Positions 1-11,519 of a DNA stretch of 64,000 bases are shown piece after piece. The number at the start of each line of letters is the position of its first letter. Position 1 is the first letter of the stretch. The position numbers and the translations under genes are program-made. The notes beneath the pieces are model-generated. The model was not told the origin of the DNA. It worked only from the letters and a program-made list of their open reading frames with translations, and searched no databases. Origin of the DNA: Raillietiella orientalis (Eukaryota); assembly GCA_036172245.1 (NCBI GenBank), contig JAYWIR010000023.1, forward strand, positions 1,984,001-2,048,000. The letters are read 5' to 3'.

Positions 1-429
1 GCATAAAGGATTCCATGTCTTTGTATTTGGATATCTTTGAAACACTACCACCCTGCCACCTTTGTCTCCAGTAGCAAGAAATTCACCATCATGATTGAAT
101 TCCACACAAGATATAAGATCAGCTTCATTTCATTTATCTCTTCATCTACAGTTACTTTAACTTCACAAAAATACCACTGGATCTCTCCATTGCCTGTCAT
201 ATCACTCCAATCAGTTTGCTGAATCATGCAGGGGTGAAAATGCAACCTACACCAATTACTTTAAGAGTTCTAATTTTGCATGTACATTGACTACGACTTG
301 AGATCAAAGACATTATATCTACAGAACTTTATACATCAACTGCAAATACACGGTTTGTATCACATCGTGTTTTTTTTTTTTTTTTTTCTGGGAATTCTGC
401 TTTTCCTTTGTCAAAATATGCAGACATCT

Positions 430-3400
430 CATGGAGCACCGATTGTTTCTCTCAGTTATTCGCATCGCATCCCAGGAGATAAAAAAGCCTCTCTGCATCA
501 TGAGATCTGTCAGCAGCTTCTGGTCAGCATCTTACCTACTCTTGCTGGCCCAAGTGTCTGATTGTACAATCAAAGGCAGAAGAATTCCCATGAATTCTCT
601 ATCTCTGTGTGCTGATCTCAACGCACTGTGCAAGCAGTCCAGTGAAGTTTCCTCGGGATGCCCTATACATGCAACCTTGGCTGGCTGAAGATTCGTCTTC
701 CACGTTTTTTCATTTGAAGACAAGTGGGAACACGGAGGAATCCATTTGCACCCGATGGGGCAGCTACTGGAGCCTTGACGTGGCCTGTGGATTTCAGCCA
801 CGTCAGCCGCGGCGTCTTCGAAGCTCCACAAAGCACTGCTGCGCACACTCACCATTTGTGCTAGTGTCTCATGAGTCACAGTGGCGTTATGTAATGTGAA
901 AGGTCGAAATTTTTGCTTCATCGAGCGGATTTTGACTGCGGCCAATTTTGTTCTTTCGGAACAAACGTCATGCTGGAGCGGCCTGCCACTTTGGGTTGCA
1001 TTCCTCCGGGTTCTCTTGGATGCAAACTGCTCCCAACTCATGGCGAGCGGTCCAACGAAAATCGCCGTTCGTGTTTCCTCCTAAAAGACCTCTTGGTATT
1101 CCCCTGTGGCATGCTGCCTAAAGTGCACCCTAGATCGGATTCTAGTCTCTGGATCTCCAAAGACATTGGAGGGTGGAATGGACACGAATCGGCTGCCAAA
1201 GTCCAATCGTACACAGAAAAAAATTTCTGGATTTGTTGCGAAAGACATCGCTTGTGATGTCTGCTTTGGATCTCGGCCTTTGAGAATGCAGAAGTGCACC
1301 TCCAAGTGCTCCATGAAGACGGGCTTTTCCCACCTTCCCCTGACCAGCCCAAAGTTGCATTTCAGGGGAGACTCTTGCACCTTACCTATCATAGGGAGGT
1401 GAACAAATATCTTTGGGAGGAAGCTTGCGTTACCTTCGTGCTCCTGACTTCGACATCAAGCTGGTGAAGAGAGGGAAATTTTATCTAGGAGAACCAGATA
1501 TTCCCCACCAGCAGATAGAGGTTGCAGTCGATGACAGACTGCTATTTCCTGCCCGATGACTGAGGCGATTCTTCCAGTGGACCCTCGCGTGAAAAGCTGG
1601 ATGCTGACCTTCTCCTTTCTGATATGTTCCACCTGGCAGTGCAAGACTCACAGCTTCCTCAACAGAAGACTGGGTCAGAATCCAAAAATCTCAGAATCCA
1701 AAGAACTCCACAACGAATGTTGTATCGGTTCTGCAACTCCGATGGGTCAGCGATCAGAGGTGTGGAGTCGATTCCTTATGTCTACTCTGATTTCATTGCC
1801 TTGCTTTTTCCAAAGCCATCGGAAAACTTTTAAAAGAGCAAAACAGCATCGGAGATGATTCCTCTCTCGCCTCGTAGCATCAAGTGGTACGTGGCTGGAT
1901 TACGTTTCTCTGGACCGTAATTTCATCTCTGCATCCACCAATCTGTCACGGAAAACGGAAAAAAGTAATTGCAATGCTAGCAGGAGGCATGCAAAAGACA
2001 GATCAGTTTCCTAGAGCTATTATAATGCCACGCTATGAGGAAGGACTTCTTGTTTGCATCTTGAAGCTTTGGGAGGTTCTAAATGGAGTAGGACTAAGGA
2101 CAATTCCAAAGGAATAAGAACCAATGCTACGGAAGGTGGTGAGGACTTCTGCATCCTGAACCTCTACCATAATAATCTCTTTGGAGTTCATGAGTTCAAA
2201 ATGTTGGTTTCGGCGTTCTGAATATCCTCAAATCGGAAATCCATGTGAATTCTTCGACAGCTAGATGGTATGTATCAACCTCAAGACTAAAGAGGAACCT
2301 TATGGAGAAGAGTGGAGAGTATTGCGCCAAGAAGTCGTTGCCTTGGAGGTTCTCTAGTTAACGATACTTGAACTCAAGTAAAGATTACTGTCCCGATGTT
2401 GCAAGTGCACTCTTCAACAGGGGATAAAACTGCTGTTAACAGGATGGTTTTGCTTGGAGCATGGAATGCGGTTGCCCCATTCGCTCCTCCCCTATTTGAA
2501 ATGCGCGACGTCTGCGACTTTGAACGCGATACTCATATCACACATTCATGCGTCTAGTTATCAGCTTTCAAGAACAACCAGCAACAGCGTATTAATGAGA
2601 CACACCTGCATAATTCTCACGGGAAACCATGCCCTGCGAAAACTGTCGGAAATCACGGTTCATTCTCGCATCTCTTGCATCCTGCTTTCCTTTTTCGCAA
2701 CTCACCTATGAAAAGAGGCGAAGAGCTCTGCTGCCCAGTGAACTTTTCGGAAAGAGGCTTCTTCGAAATTCCTGCTTTGTAGTGCACCCTGGCTCCAAAT
2801 AATCTTTTGGCTTCCAGGTACCAGATTAAGGAATTTTAGCAATTTGGGGGGCTGTGGCGATTATTGAACTACTGCTCCCATACTATGAGCATTTTAAACT
2901 CATCATCCACTATTTATCTGCTCATCAGGTTGCCTTGAAGATCCCTTTTTATCGAGATTCAGATAAATATTTTACTTACATCTTCCATTACATCTTGGTC
3001 CCTTTATTCTTAACTATGGTATCAGAGCTGCTCATCCTTCAACATTACTGAAACCTGAAGACACAAAGAGAGTTACTGCGCGCCTAACATTTCCGTGATT
3101 CAGAGAGAGACTTCTGAGAGTTTTTATCGAAATTTAGCTCGAGATCCATGAGTCCAGTTGCGAGGTTTCCGTAATCTTCAAGAGTCAGGTTCAGTTCGTC
3201 CCATCACACAGAGACATCGCAGCAGCTCATCCTGCTTTTATGGTCAGTGGCTATAAAGTGCATTATGAACGGATGAAGTCTTCATGACTGCATCCTCAGT
3301 ACCGCAACTCCTTTCTGCTCTCAGCTTACATCATGGAATCTCTAGAAGAACGGGTGACTGAATGGAAGGATGTTTGCTATTTCGTCTTCAAAGATGGTCC

Positions 3401-3560
3401 GAGATGACTGACAAAGAAGCAGCGGTGCTATCGGAAAATCGGCGTCGGAGCATCTCTTCGCCACAACGTTGAAATCTTCTTTCTTGAAACACAGTAGAAT
3501 GGAAAGGAGAGTCAAGGATTTTCGGGGATTATTCAAGAAAACTTCCGCATGAGAAGATAA
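430..3560 (-). pseudogene. Decayed multi-exon gene, possibly death domain plus P-loop/SF1 helicase-like domain
   Basis: Minus-strand fragments broken by stops and frameshifts: WDELNLTL..., GFSNVE..., KMLIVWEQ*F..ATAPKLLKFL (death-fold-like, ~2810-3200); LFTRGSTGRIA (Walker A-like, ~1570-1600); REFMG...CSMRCLHIL (helicase C-terminal-like, ~415-600). Motif resemblance only. Confidence 0.3.
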
Positions 3561-3737
3561 GCGGCAGTCGCCCTGGGAACTGCACGCGATGCTCTAAAAA
3601 CGCTGACACCAAGGAGCAAAAAAGGAGACAAGGCGAGACCAAAGGCGTCGTTGGATCACCGCTTCCACGCTCCCAAAGACGGCTTTCCTAGGTCACAACC
3701 CTATTCGGAAACTCACGTTTCCGGCGCACGCGGATCT

Positions 3738-3765
3738 GATTGGACGGCGCCCTAGCCGTCCAATC
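3738..3765. promoter_or_regulatory. Inverted pair of CCAAT boxes forming an 11-bp perfect inverted repeat; candidate bidirectional promoter
   Basis: GATTGGACGGC-gcccta-GCCGTCCAATC, lying between the minus-strand pseudogene and the plus-strand gene at 4121. Confidence 0.4.
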
Positions 3766-4058
3766 CGGTTCGGGGTTGGGGGACCCAGAAAGTTCCAGAC
3801 CTTTCTATCATGGCAAAAAAAAAAAATCTGGGACTTATATTTTTTTTTTCCAGGAAAGTTGAACGGCCTCTTGCGTCTCGTCGGGGGTTCATCGAACTTT
3901 CTCTCCAGCACGAGTGACACACGAAAGACCTTTTGTCCGCAGGGGAATAGCGAAAGGAGGAGAAGGCGGATTGTCCTCCCCCAGCCCCCCGGAACCAAAC
4001 CCCTTCCTCCTTAATGAAGAGTGCGGTTAAGGGTCAACGTTTCCTTTCTTCAGGATGG

Positions 4059-4064
4059 TATAAA
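4059..4064 (+). promoter_or_regulatory. TATA box
   Basis: TATAAA ~60 nt upstream of the ATG at 4121. Confidence 0.5.
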
Positions 4065-4120
4065 GTGTGGAGGCTGTGGAAATTTTTCAGGATCCTCGTA
4101 GCTGAAGAAGGAGTTGCAAG

Positions 4121-4791
4121 ATGAACATGTTACTCGGCGTTTTCGTGTGTTTGCTCAGCCTGTCCCTGGCGGACGAGGATGTGCCCAAGGTTCGTAGGGG
4201 GCGGGAGTGGAGCAGGGTCGTGCATGCTTGCGGGAGGGTGGTCGATGGTGTGACGAAGAAAGGAGTGAATGAGGGTGACAGCAGAAAGGCGTGTTTCCTC
4301 CTGTGCGGAGGCTGGGATCGGGAGCGACGGCGGACGAATGTGGTGATGATGGCGCCGTGAATGGGTTGCGTGAATGGGCCTCGAGTAGCGCGATTGAACT
4401 AATGAGACGTCCATTGCAGGAGACCGGACCTGTGCAGGAGCCTCAACCCCAACCCCAACCCCAACCCCACCCTCACCCCCATCCCCACCCCCAGCCCTCG
4501 GCTAATATAGAGTTCAACAGCGAAGACTACACCTCCGCCCGGAAGGTGCTTGCGGCCGTCCAGAGCTCCCTACCAGCAGAAGTTCGAGATTGCCAACTGA
4601 ACAAGCTTGAGGAAGTCGTGAAGAAGTCCGTTGTACCAGAGATCACCGTTTTCGACCTGAAGCCAACCTACTATTGTTCCAATGGCATTCTGACCAGATG
4701 CCACTTACGCATCCAGCAAGAGAGCAGCGAAACTGCAAGCCCAGTGTTGGCGTACACCCAGTGCGGAGAAGCTCCGACGTCCTCGTCATAA
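4121..4791 (+). CDS. Secreted 146-aa protein with PQ/PH-repeat linker and cystatin-like C-terminal domain (exons 4121-4189, 4420-4791)
   Basis: Signal peptide MNMLLGVFVCLLSLSLA; phase-0 intron GTTCGT...CTAAT (branch point)...TTGCAG joins in frame to ETGPVQEPQPQ...; stop at 4789-4791; 4 Cys in the mature region; EEVVKKSVVPEITVFDLK sits where cystatins have the QxVxG hairpin. Confidence 0.75.
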
Positions 4792-7769
4792 AGGTTGGAT
4801 CATCCAAACAGCGGCGTATTTGTACACGTAAATACAGTAAACAATTTTGTTTTTCGTTTGCCTTTGTGGTTCTTCGGGGTACGTTCGAGGGTAAAAAAAA
4901 GGTACCCATCGCCGCCTGTTCATGGCAGCTCGGGCTGCCATTGGTTTAAAAAAACCCTATTTAAAGCACAAACGGTGAGGGTTCCCCTTGGATGGCTGCA
5001 ACCGGGCGACGCATACGCCAGTGGAGGCGCCACGCTCGATCTGTACGCTTAGGGTTGCAGATCGTTGCTTAGCTGCTGCTCGGTTCCGGAAATGGTCTTA
5101 AGCAGTTCCTGGCTGGAAAGGCGTTTCGTGCTCGCTGGACCTCGCTCATGCAACCTGAAAAACCAAAAGTGATCTTCAAGTTGCTTCGTGCTTCATGTGT
5201 TTGTCTCCTTCCGGTGTTTCGATTCAATTTGTGGTAATGCCTGAGGTTGAGAGGGATCTCCGAAGCATGCAGTAGGTGGGGCAGGAGGACGAATTTCGAA
5301 AGAACACGACGGAATTTTTCGTGATAACAGGAGGATGGGGTGGAAAGTGATTTTCTGTTCGGTGTATCCAGTGTGTTCGCTCCGAATGAGGAATCGACCT
5401 GCATCCAGCGGAAATTCTATCCGCATCCATCTGAGTTTAGCTTTAAGTGACAACTTCTCATCACTTCATATCTTTCGTGTTCTTTCGCATCTTTCAGTGC
5501 GGTCCGGATAAGTAGGAAAAACTGGAGGCGTTTTGAGTATCTTTATTGTAAACGGCTCAGGATACGGAGATTGAAAGGCATATCCCCAGACTTGCTGCCT
5601 TTGCAACACTCGGACAGCTGATGGTGATCACTATTCACGACTGCAACCCTCTAGGCAATTCAATTGGCTAAACGCGAGCCTATGTTTATCTTGTAACGTA
5701 AAGTGGCGTTGCTTGAGCCTTCCAGTCGCGAATTTCCCCTCTTGAGCAGACGAGACCTTGTGCCAGCAGCTGAAGAGCCTTTCAAAAAACGTTAGAACTA
5801 AATCTAGCTATCAGGCCAGCTTCCATGGGAAGGATGGTCCCACTACATGTGCCATGAATAACGAGGTTGATTACACATCTTCGGTATCGGGTGGATGTCT
5901 GCATGGATGGCAGCAAAGGTTGCAACAAGCGTCCTTCCGGTGGAATCTACGGTTCTGTATGCAGATCGCTTGCAACCCTTTCCCGCTGTTGTGGTCTCTG
6001 GCCGATCGGCAGCAACACCAAGCAAAAACGCGTGGACAGGAACGGCACAGGAGTTCTGCACCTGGAAGCAGGAAGCGGACCGGTGGAGACAGCATTTCAA
6101 GTTGCGATTTCGTAATGCGATGATTTAGCAACGGTAAAAACCACCGGAAAAGACTGGATCGGAAAGTCGAGTGGAAGGGAGTTCTTATGAGCACTTGGAT
6201 TCTGTACTCCGAGATTTCATGGGAAGGCAGCGAGAATGTTTCAGGCTCCAAGCATGGAGCTGTTGGACGCAGTTCATCTCGAGACCATTCCTGGAATTCG
6301 CTTTGTACTGCGTGATTTTCCAATATCCCGAAGACGAGCTTAGGTGGTGGTGCGTGGTATGGATAACTCCTTTTTTCTGGGAAGATGACTTGCGAGTGAT
6401 TGGAACGAGGTCTCGAGTGAGGCACTGGGATGAAAAGAAGCAGTGGCTTTTATGCGTACAGAAGGGAATATTAGCAGCAAGCAAGAGAATGACACGGGCC
6501 TCGAGAGTGTAGGCAGTGGACTATCGTGTTTTTGACTCTCCGAGAGCTCTCCGAGAAGTGTCGATTTTCGAGCAATGCTCCTCGCCTAGCGCTGTCTATT
6601 TCTTTTTGTTTGTATCTCGTAAACAAAATAGGAAAGGAAGTTTAAGGAAGAAATGCAAGATTCTGGCAAATTGAGGAAACATTGGATTGCACTGAGGTGA
6701 ACATTCACTGTTTACAAGAAGTGAGTTTCTATTTGCTGGTTCATAAGTCCTTGAGGCACTCATATGAAGTTCATCGTCCGCTTCCACGTTGAAGATCTGG
6801 GGTTGACAACATTCTAAAGATCCATCAAAGATCAACTTCCGCACACATCAGAATGCCTCGGGATGCGAGCAATATGAATTCCCAGAGGCTGCATATGCTT
6901 GCATAGGGACTGGGGGTGGAAACTCCTAAATGTTGCAAGATGATTTCCTGATAAGCATCAGCATGGAGCCAGTAAGGCTGCAGTAGCTCTTAGAGTGATG
7001 GATTGTTTGCAGTTGTAAATAGCTAGCCGGTTCCCCCGTTTTCAGGGTCAGTTCTTGCACCACGTTTAAAATTGATTTATCGCGGGTAATCGCTTACCAG
7101 GACCGGCTCACTGATTCATGCAAATTTATTGATCACATGAAGATACACTGAGGCGAGTCTGCATTGGTTGAGGAGAGATCCAATTCACAAGGTCAGTGGC
7201 TTCGTCGAAGCAATGGGGGTTTCCCAAGCGTTTGCTGATTAAGCAACTTGATACCAGACCCCCTTGTAGGTGAGCGCAGTGCTCCCTTCTAGATGAGCAG
7301 AGTGCCATGACGTCAGCCTTCTGCAGTTCTTGTGCAATTCTTTTTGAATGCTTCCACTTAATGATTCTTAACAAATGTGAGTCTTCGATCTCACGTGCTG
7401 TATCAGGAGACTGGAGAGTGTGATGAAGTCAATAGAACGTGCTGTTTCACTGGGGTCGCTTCATCGAGCAGCAGGATGAAGCCAGGAAAAGAGATACTTC
7501 GACGTGTTTTCCGTCTGAAGCACTAGATGGGATTCCTCTTGCTTGAACGGTGGGTGGGTCGAATCCACTCCCCATTTATTTCTCGTCTTGGCACCTTTTC
7601 GTTTCCCTCCAGATCCCTAGTCGTACAATGACATTTAGAAATAGGCCCGATGTTGAGTCAGGCCCTGATATGCAGATTTCTTTTTACTAGATTTTTCGAG
7701 TTTTTTGTTTAAGTAAATAAATTGCTAAATGGATGAGTAGCGTTTATTATTTTTTTAGTTTTATCTTTT

Positions 7770-8830
7770 GAAATAGAAGGGCCGGTCTTCCGAGACAAGG
7801 AAGTTCAACTGCCCAGTTTTCTAGGACTTAACAACGGGTTAAAGTGGGACTGTGGAGACCTCGGAAACAGATGTTAACGCACGCGTTTCTAAAGAGCAAG
7901 CACATATAGGCTAGCAGAGTGTTCAGAAAGACTAGGCACGCAGAAAGCGTCAGGAGAGGGTTGTTGAACGCTTGCTGAAGATCGACAGGGGTGGCGAGAT
8001 GAATCTGAGGACTTCATTGGCTTACCGCCGCTGTGGGTTCTGCCAGTCCCGACAGGACTCAGAAAAAGACAGGCGGCTGCACTCCACTCTCGGCTCCTGT
8101 ACAGTTGTTCCGGGTTGATTAAGAAGTCCTCCATCCGTATTCAGAGAACTCAGTCCATAGTATGGGAAGCAGACTGAGGTCCGCGTTCACCGAAGTGGTC
8201 CGACACCGACTGCTCAGCTTGACTAGGTCTCGCTTACCACTGATGGTAAGTATGTGAACACCTCCCTGTATGCTGAACCAGCATGAAGAGCTCTGTGGGT
8301 CAGGGGGATTAGATCTGCCGCGAAGCATAGGCAAAACTCTCCAGACAGGCCATCTAACTCGAGTTGTGCTTCTCTTAAGCTTTCCGACAGTTGCGACAAT
8401 CTCCTTCAGGGATGGAGCTGATCTGGCGCCGCGCTCGCCTTCTTTCTCAACGCAGGGACGCTCTCTGGAAGCAGCTTCTGGGAGAAGAAACTCTCGAACT
8501 GATGCCCTTGCGTACAGGAAGACTGAGATACGGTCGCTGAGATACGCTTCTTCAGTTGAACGGAGCACTCCTGGCCTAGACGATGTGACCTGGACTTCCA
8601 GAGCTGCCACTTTGTCCTGATCCTGTACCTAGCTGCGTTGCGCGCATGGGCGCTCCAGAAGATGCGCACCTGCGAGAGGGAACAAATGGAAGTCATCCGT
8701 CAGATAGACCTATACGGAGCATTGCACGCGCTGCGAACCAAGCCAAAGTTATCCTTTGGATTGGAGGAAGTGTCCAGTGGCCTGGCGTCGGCTCGCGTGG
8801 CAGTCAGTCGGAGTGAAGGACCGTCCCACC
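7770..8830 (-). mobile_element. Tx1/L1-family LINE fragment (copy F): RT N-terminal half, with an inverted 5' piece at ~8635-8830
   Basis: Minus-strand ELDGLSGEFCLCFAADLIPL, TSVNADLSLL, INPEQLY, DLQQAFN match copy A (GEDGLPAEFFQCFAAKLIPL, TLVNSDVKLF, VSPEQSY, DLCKAFD). Plus-strand YGALHALRTKPKLSFGLEE is ORF2-linker-like. Confidence 0.7.
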
Positions 8831-9479
8831 CGACCTCAAGTCGACAGTGGATCCGGGGACTCATGGTTCGTGGGCAAGCCCAAGATGTGCGTCAATCGTG
8901 GAGAGACGGGACAAGCGTGAAGAAGAGTGCTTCTCGGTACGGAGTCGCCGCTGCGGCTGCACGAAAGCCACGTGCCCCAAGGCCAGTACCCAGTACCCAG
9001 TATTCCACAGTCGTGAGAGAGAAAATAGAAAAAAAAAACCCTCGTGAGGGAATCTCCGATAGAAGCAATCAATAGGAAGAAAGAAAGAATGATCGGCACC
9101 GGCAGCAACCTTCATAGTTGGTGAGGACGTCAGATGGCAAGAAATGAAGAACGAGAGGAGGCGACAGAAAGCGAAGCCGCTCACCTCGAAGAGAAACAAC
9201 AGCGGCACAACCAGCAAGGACGCAATTGAGCGGTGCCTCAAAGCGGGATACGTTGATTGGCAAGTCGCAGCACGACGGTTCTGTTGCCACCTCTGCTATT
9301 CCAGAGGGGTTGGCAACAGGGTCTAACTTGCCCGAATGGGCCGCCCAATAACAGATTCTCCATCGGCGTGGGTGGCGAGCGCGCTACGGAGTTGCCGACT
9401 ACGAGTCGGAAGTCCGAATAGCCGATCTCAACAGCTGCTTGGTGATTTTCGGCCCAAAGCGACGCGTGTTCACGCGAGA

Positions 9480-9639
9480 AGAGGAAGTTACGACTTCCTG
9501 GAGCAGGACTCCTTTATGGACACTGGAGCTTTGAGCCAAATTGTGGACATTCTCCAGGCTTATTCTTGTCCTGCGATGCAGTATTGACTCTGGACTGTCT
9601 TCCTACCACCACCAACAGCGGCTTCGAGAGACGGGCATT
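9480..9639 (+). mobile_element. Host LINE W: N-terminal APE endonuclease remnant, ending at the G-I/V motif (continues at 12030)
   Basis: IVDILQ (domain II-like) ... SGLSSYHHQQRLRETGI; ends GGC ATT directly before the 3' end of copy E. Confidence 0.45.
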
Positions 9640-10115
9640 TATCTGCAATGAGTCAAAATTGCCGTCGGCAGGGGATGGCCGACAGGTCTCCCCCGAATCC
9701 AAGGAAACTACCCTCGCAGGGGGAAGAACGAGGGAGAAGTGAAGAGAGGGGAGGGAGGAAGATAAATAAATAGGGAATGGGATGGACCGATCTCGCGGTA
9801 TCCCACTTGATTCCCGAGGGCCTGCCTCGGGCAGGAAAGGGGAGGTGCTCTCGGGTTTGAGATGAGTCTGCCCGGAAGCGTTCGAAGGTTCCCTCGTACC
9901 TCGCGCCCCGGGTTGAGCCATCCCATCTCCCTTTGCATGCAGGCGATGGTGATCGCGAAGGGCTCTCCGGGCCGCATTCCTCCTCCTTCCAGTTTGGCAG
10001 TCCCGCTGCTCATGAGTGGGAAGGGAATCGCCAGCCACAAGGAGAACTGCAACCCTGGAGACGTGGACGTCTCTCTGAACAGATCTGGGCCGGCATCGTG
10101 GAACTGAACGTGCAA
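9640..10115 (-). mobile_element. Tx1/L1-family LINE 3' end (copy E), 5'-truncated
   Basis: ACMQREMGWLNPGREVRGNLRTLPGRL matches family ORF2 C-termini (GRYLRIAIGWSHLGAMTRDLEGILERM); pyrimidine-rich 3' UTR ending GCAGATAAA. Confidence 0.65.
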
Positions 10116-10329
10116 TGTTCTTAAAAATGTTTTCGTGTTAATGATCCTATTGATTTTTATGTAAGCTTGAAAATGATTACATAAAAATCAAGCGATACTT
10201 TTATTGAGAGCGTTTTGTTTACAACAAAAAAGAGGAATTCTTGAAAATTGTTTTGTCGATCATTGAAATTTTGAAAGTGATTTGAAATTTCGAAGAATTA
10301 CAAATATGGTAAAACCATAATAAATGTAA

Positions 10330-10845
10330 TAAATATTGAATTGTAAAGAAAGTTTGAATTGATAGCTATTAAAAGATGCAGCTAATGTACGTGCCAGCAG
10401 TTGCGGTTAAACGTAAGAGTTACATTAATTTTAATATTTCTTGATTTAATGAAAATTGCAGTGTTAACATATAGGTATTGAAAAGTTTCTAGTCATTATT
10501 TATGGAAAAGAATTAGGTGCTCCAGTATAAATAATGGATACTAAAAAAAAATGAGGAGGGGGACTTACAGGATTTGGGATAGCAGAGAGAATTTGGGGAG
10601 TTTGCTTGGTAAATGGTAATCCCAGAAGAACCCACCTTTTTAGTATTTGTATGTCGCTTATTTGATTAGGTAATAGCAATCAGTTTTCTTAATAAAGAGT
10701 AATTAGGACTTATAATCAAGATGCGGCGTGGAAAGAAATAAGAATGAGCCACAATACGTTCAATTTGGATGTACAGATGTAATTTCCTAGTGTAGGATTT
10801 AATTGCAAAGTTGTCTGAGAAAGGTAAATTGAATGCGATAGCCAT
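10330..10845 (+). rRNA. rrnS: Mitochondrial 12S rRNA pseudogene (3' end missing)
   Basis: GTGCCAGCAGTTGCGGTTAAAC at 10391-10412; degenerate later motifs (TCAAGATGCGGCG...AATGAGCCACAAT, GTAGGATTTAATTGCAAA). No GTACACA(T/C)CGCCCGTC motif seen. Confidence 0.8.
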
Positions 10846-10869
10846 GTTTTAATTAGTAAGAGTTGGAAA

Positions 10870-11490
10870 TAAGTTAAGGAGTAAGAATATAATAAGGAAT
10901 TCGACGGAATTTCACTTAAAATAGTGAGTGATAGGGCCTACTAGGAGTGTTAATAAGCAGCCGCAGTATTTAGACTTGAAGGTACTACGTTAGCATAAAT
11001 AATTAACCATCTAATTGATAGCGTGACGGAAGATTTTATTGGATGAAGCCCTTTTATTTTGCAATATTGAATTTCATGTCATAGTGAAAAATTTGTACTT
11101 CATTCAGGGGATGAGAGGACCTTTTAGAACAAGTGTCTTGGGAGGATTAAGGGGGTGGAAGTAAGGTGAAATTTTAAGATGTCATCTGTGGGGGATGGTG
11201 AAGAAAGGATCTCCATAGCTAGAAAATTATGCATGGAGTGATAGTGATCTTGAAATAAAGAAAAAGTTACCTAAAGGATAACTGTAATCTGCATGGAGAG
11301 TTCTAATTGATGTGGAAGTTTGTGACCCCAATGCTGAATTAGGTATCCATAAGATGAAGGAGATTTATGGTAACAGTCTGTTCGACTGAAAATTCTACAT
11401 GGCTTAAGTTTTAGATATGCGTAAGCCAGATTCGTTTCCATCGTTAGAGAGTAAAGAATTTTCTTGGTACCAACGCGTTGGGAAAATGGA
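10870..11490 (+). rRNA. rrnL: Mitochondrial 16S rRNA pseudogene (3' half only)
   Basis: AAGGAATTCGAC, GCCGCAGTATT...TAGCATAA, AAGTTACCTAAAGGATAAC, GAGAGTTC, GTCTGTTCGACT, GTAAGCCAGATTCGTTTCCATC: the standard domain IV-V motifs. Confidence 0.88.
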
Positions 11491-11519
11491 AAAAATTTTC
11501 AAGTGGGAGGAATTGTAGA

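Noticed and set aside
4441..4497. (CCCCAA)n as a telomeric repeat
   Set aside because: Short, and explained as in-frame Pro-Gln/Pro-His codons of the secreted protein.
5860..6500. RNase H-like (VCMDGSK) or integrase-like fragments
   Set aside because: Single weak motifs on conflicting strands; no call can be supported.
7735..7750. AGCGTTTATT as a sixth target junction
   Set aside because: No family 3' UTR or ORF2 C-terminus next to it and no APE-like flank; probably chance in T-rich DNA.
10391..10412. GTGCCAGCAG..GCGGT as bacterial 16S (contaminant or symbiont)
   Set aside because: AT-rich reduced rRNA linked to 16S-like sequence and to nad1 using TGA=Trp indicates animal mitochondrial origin.
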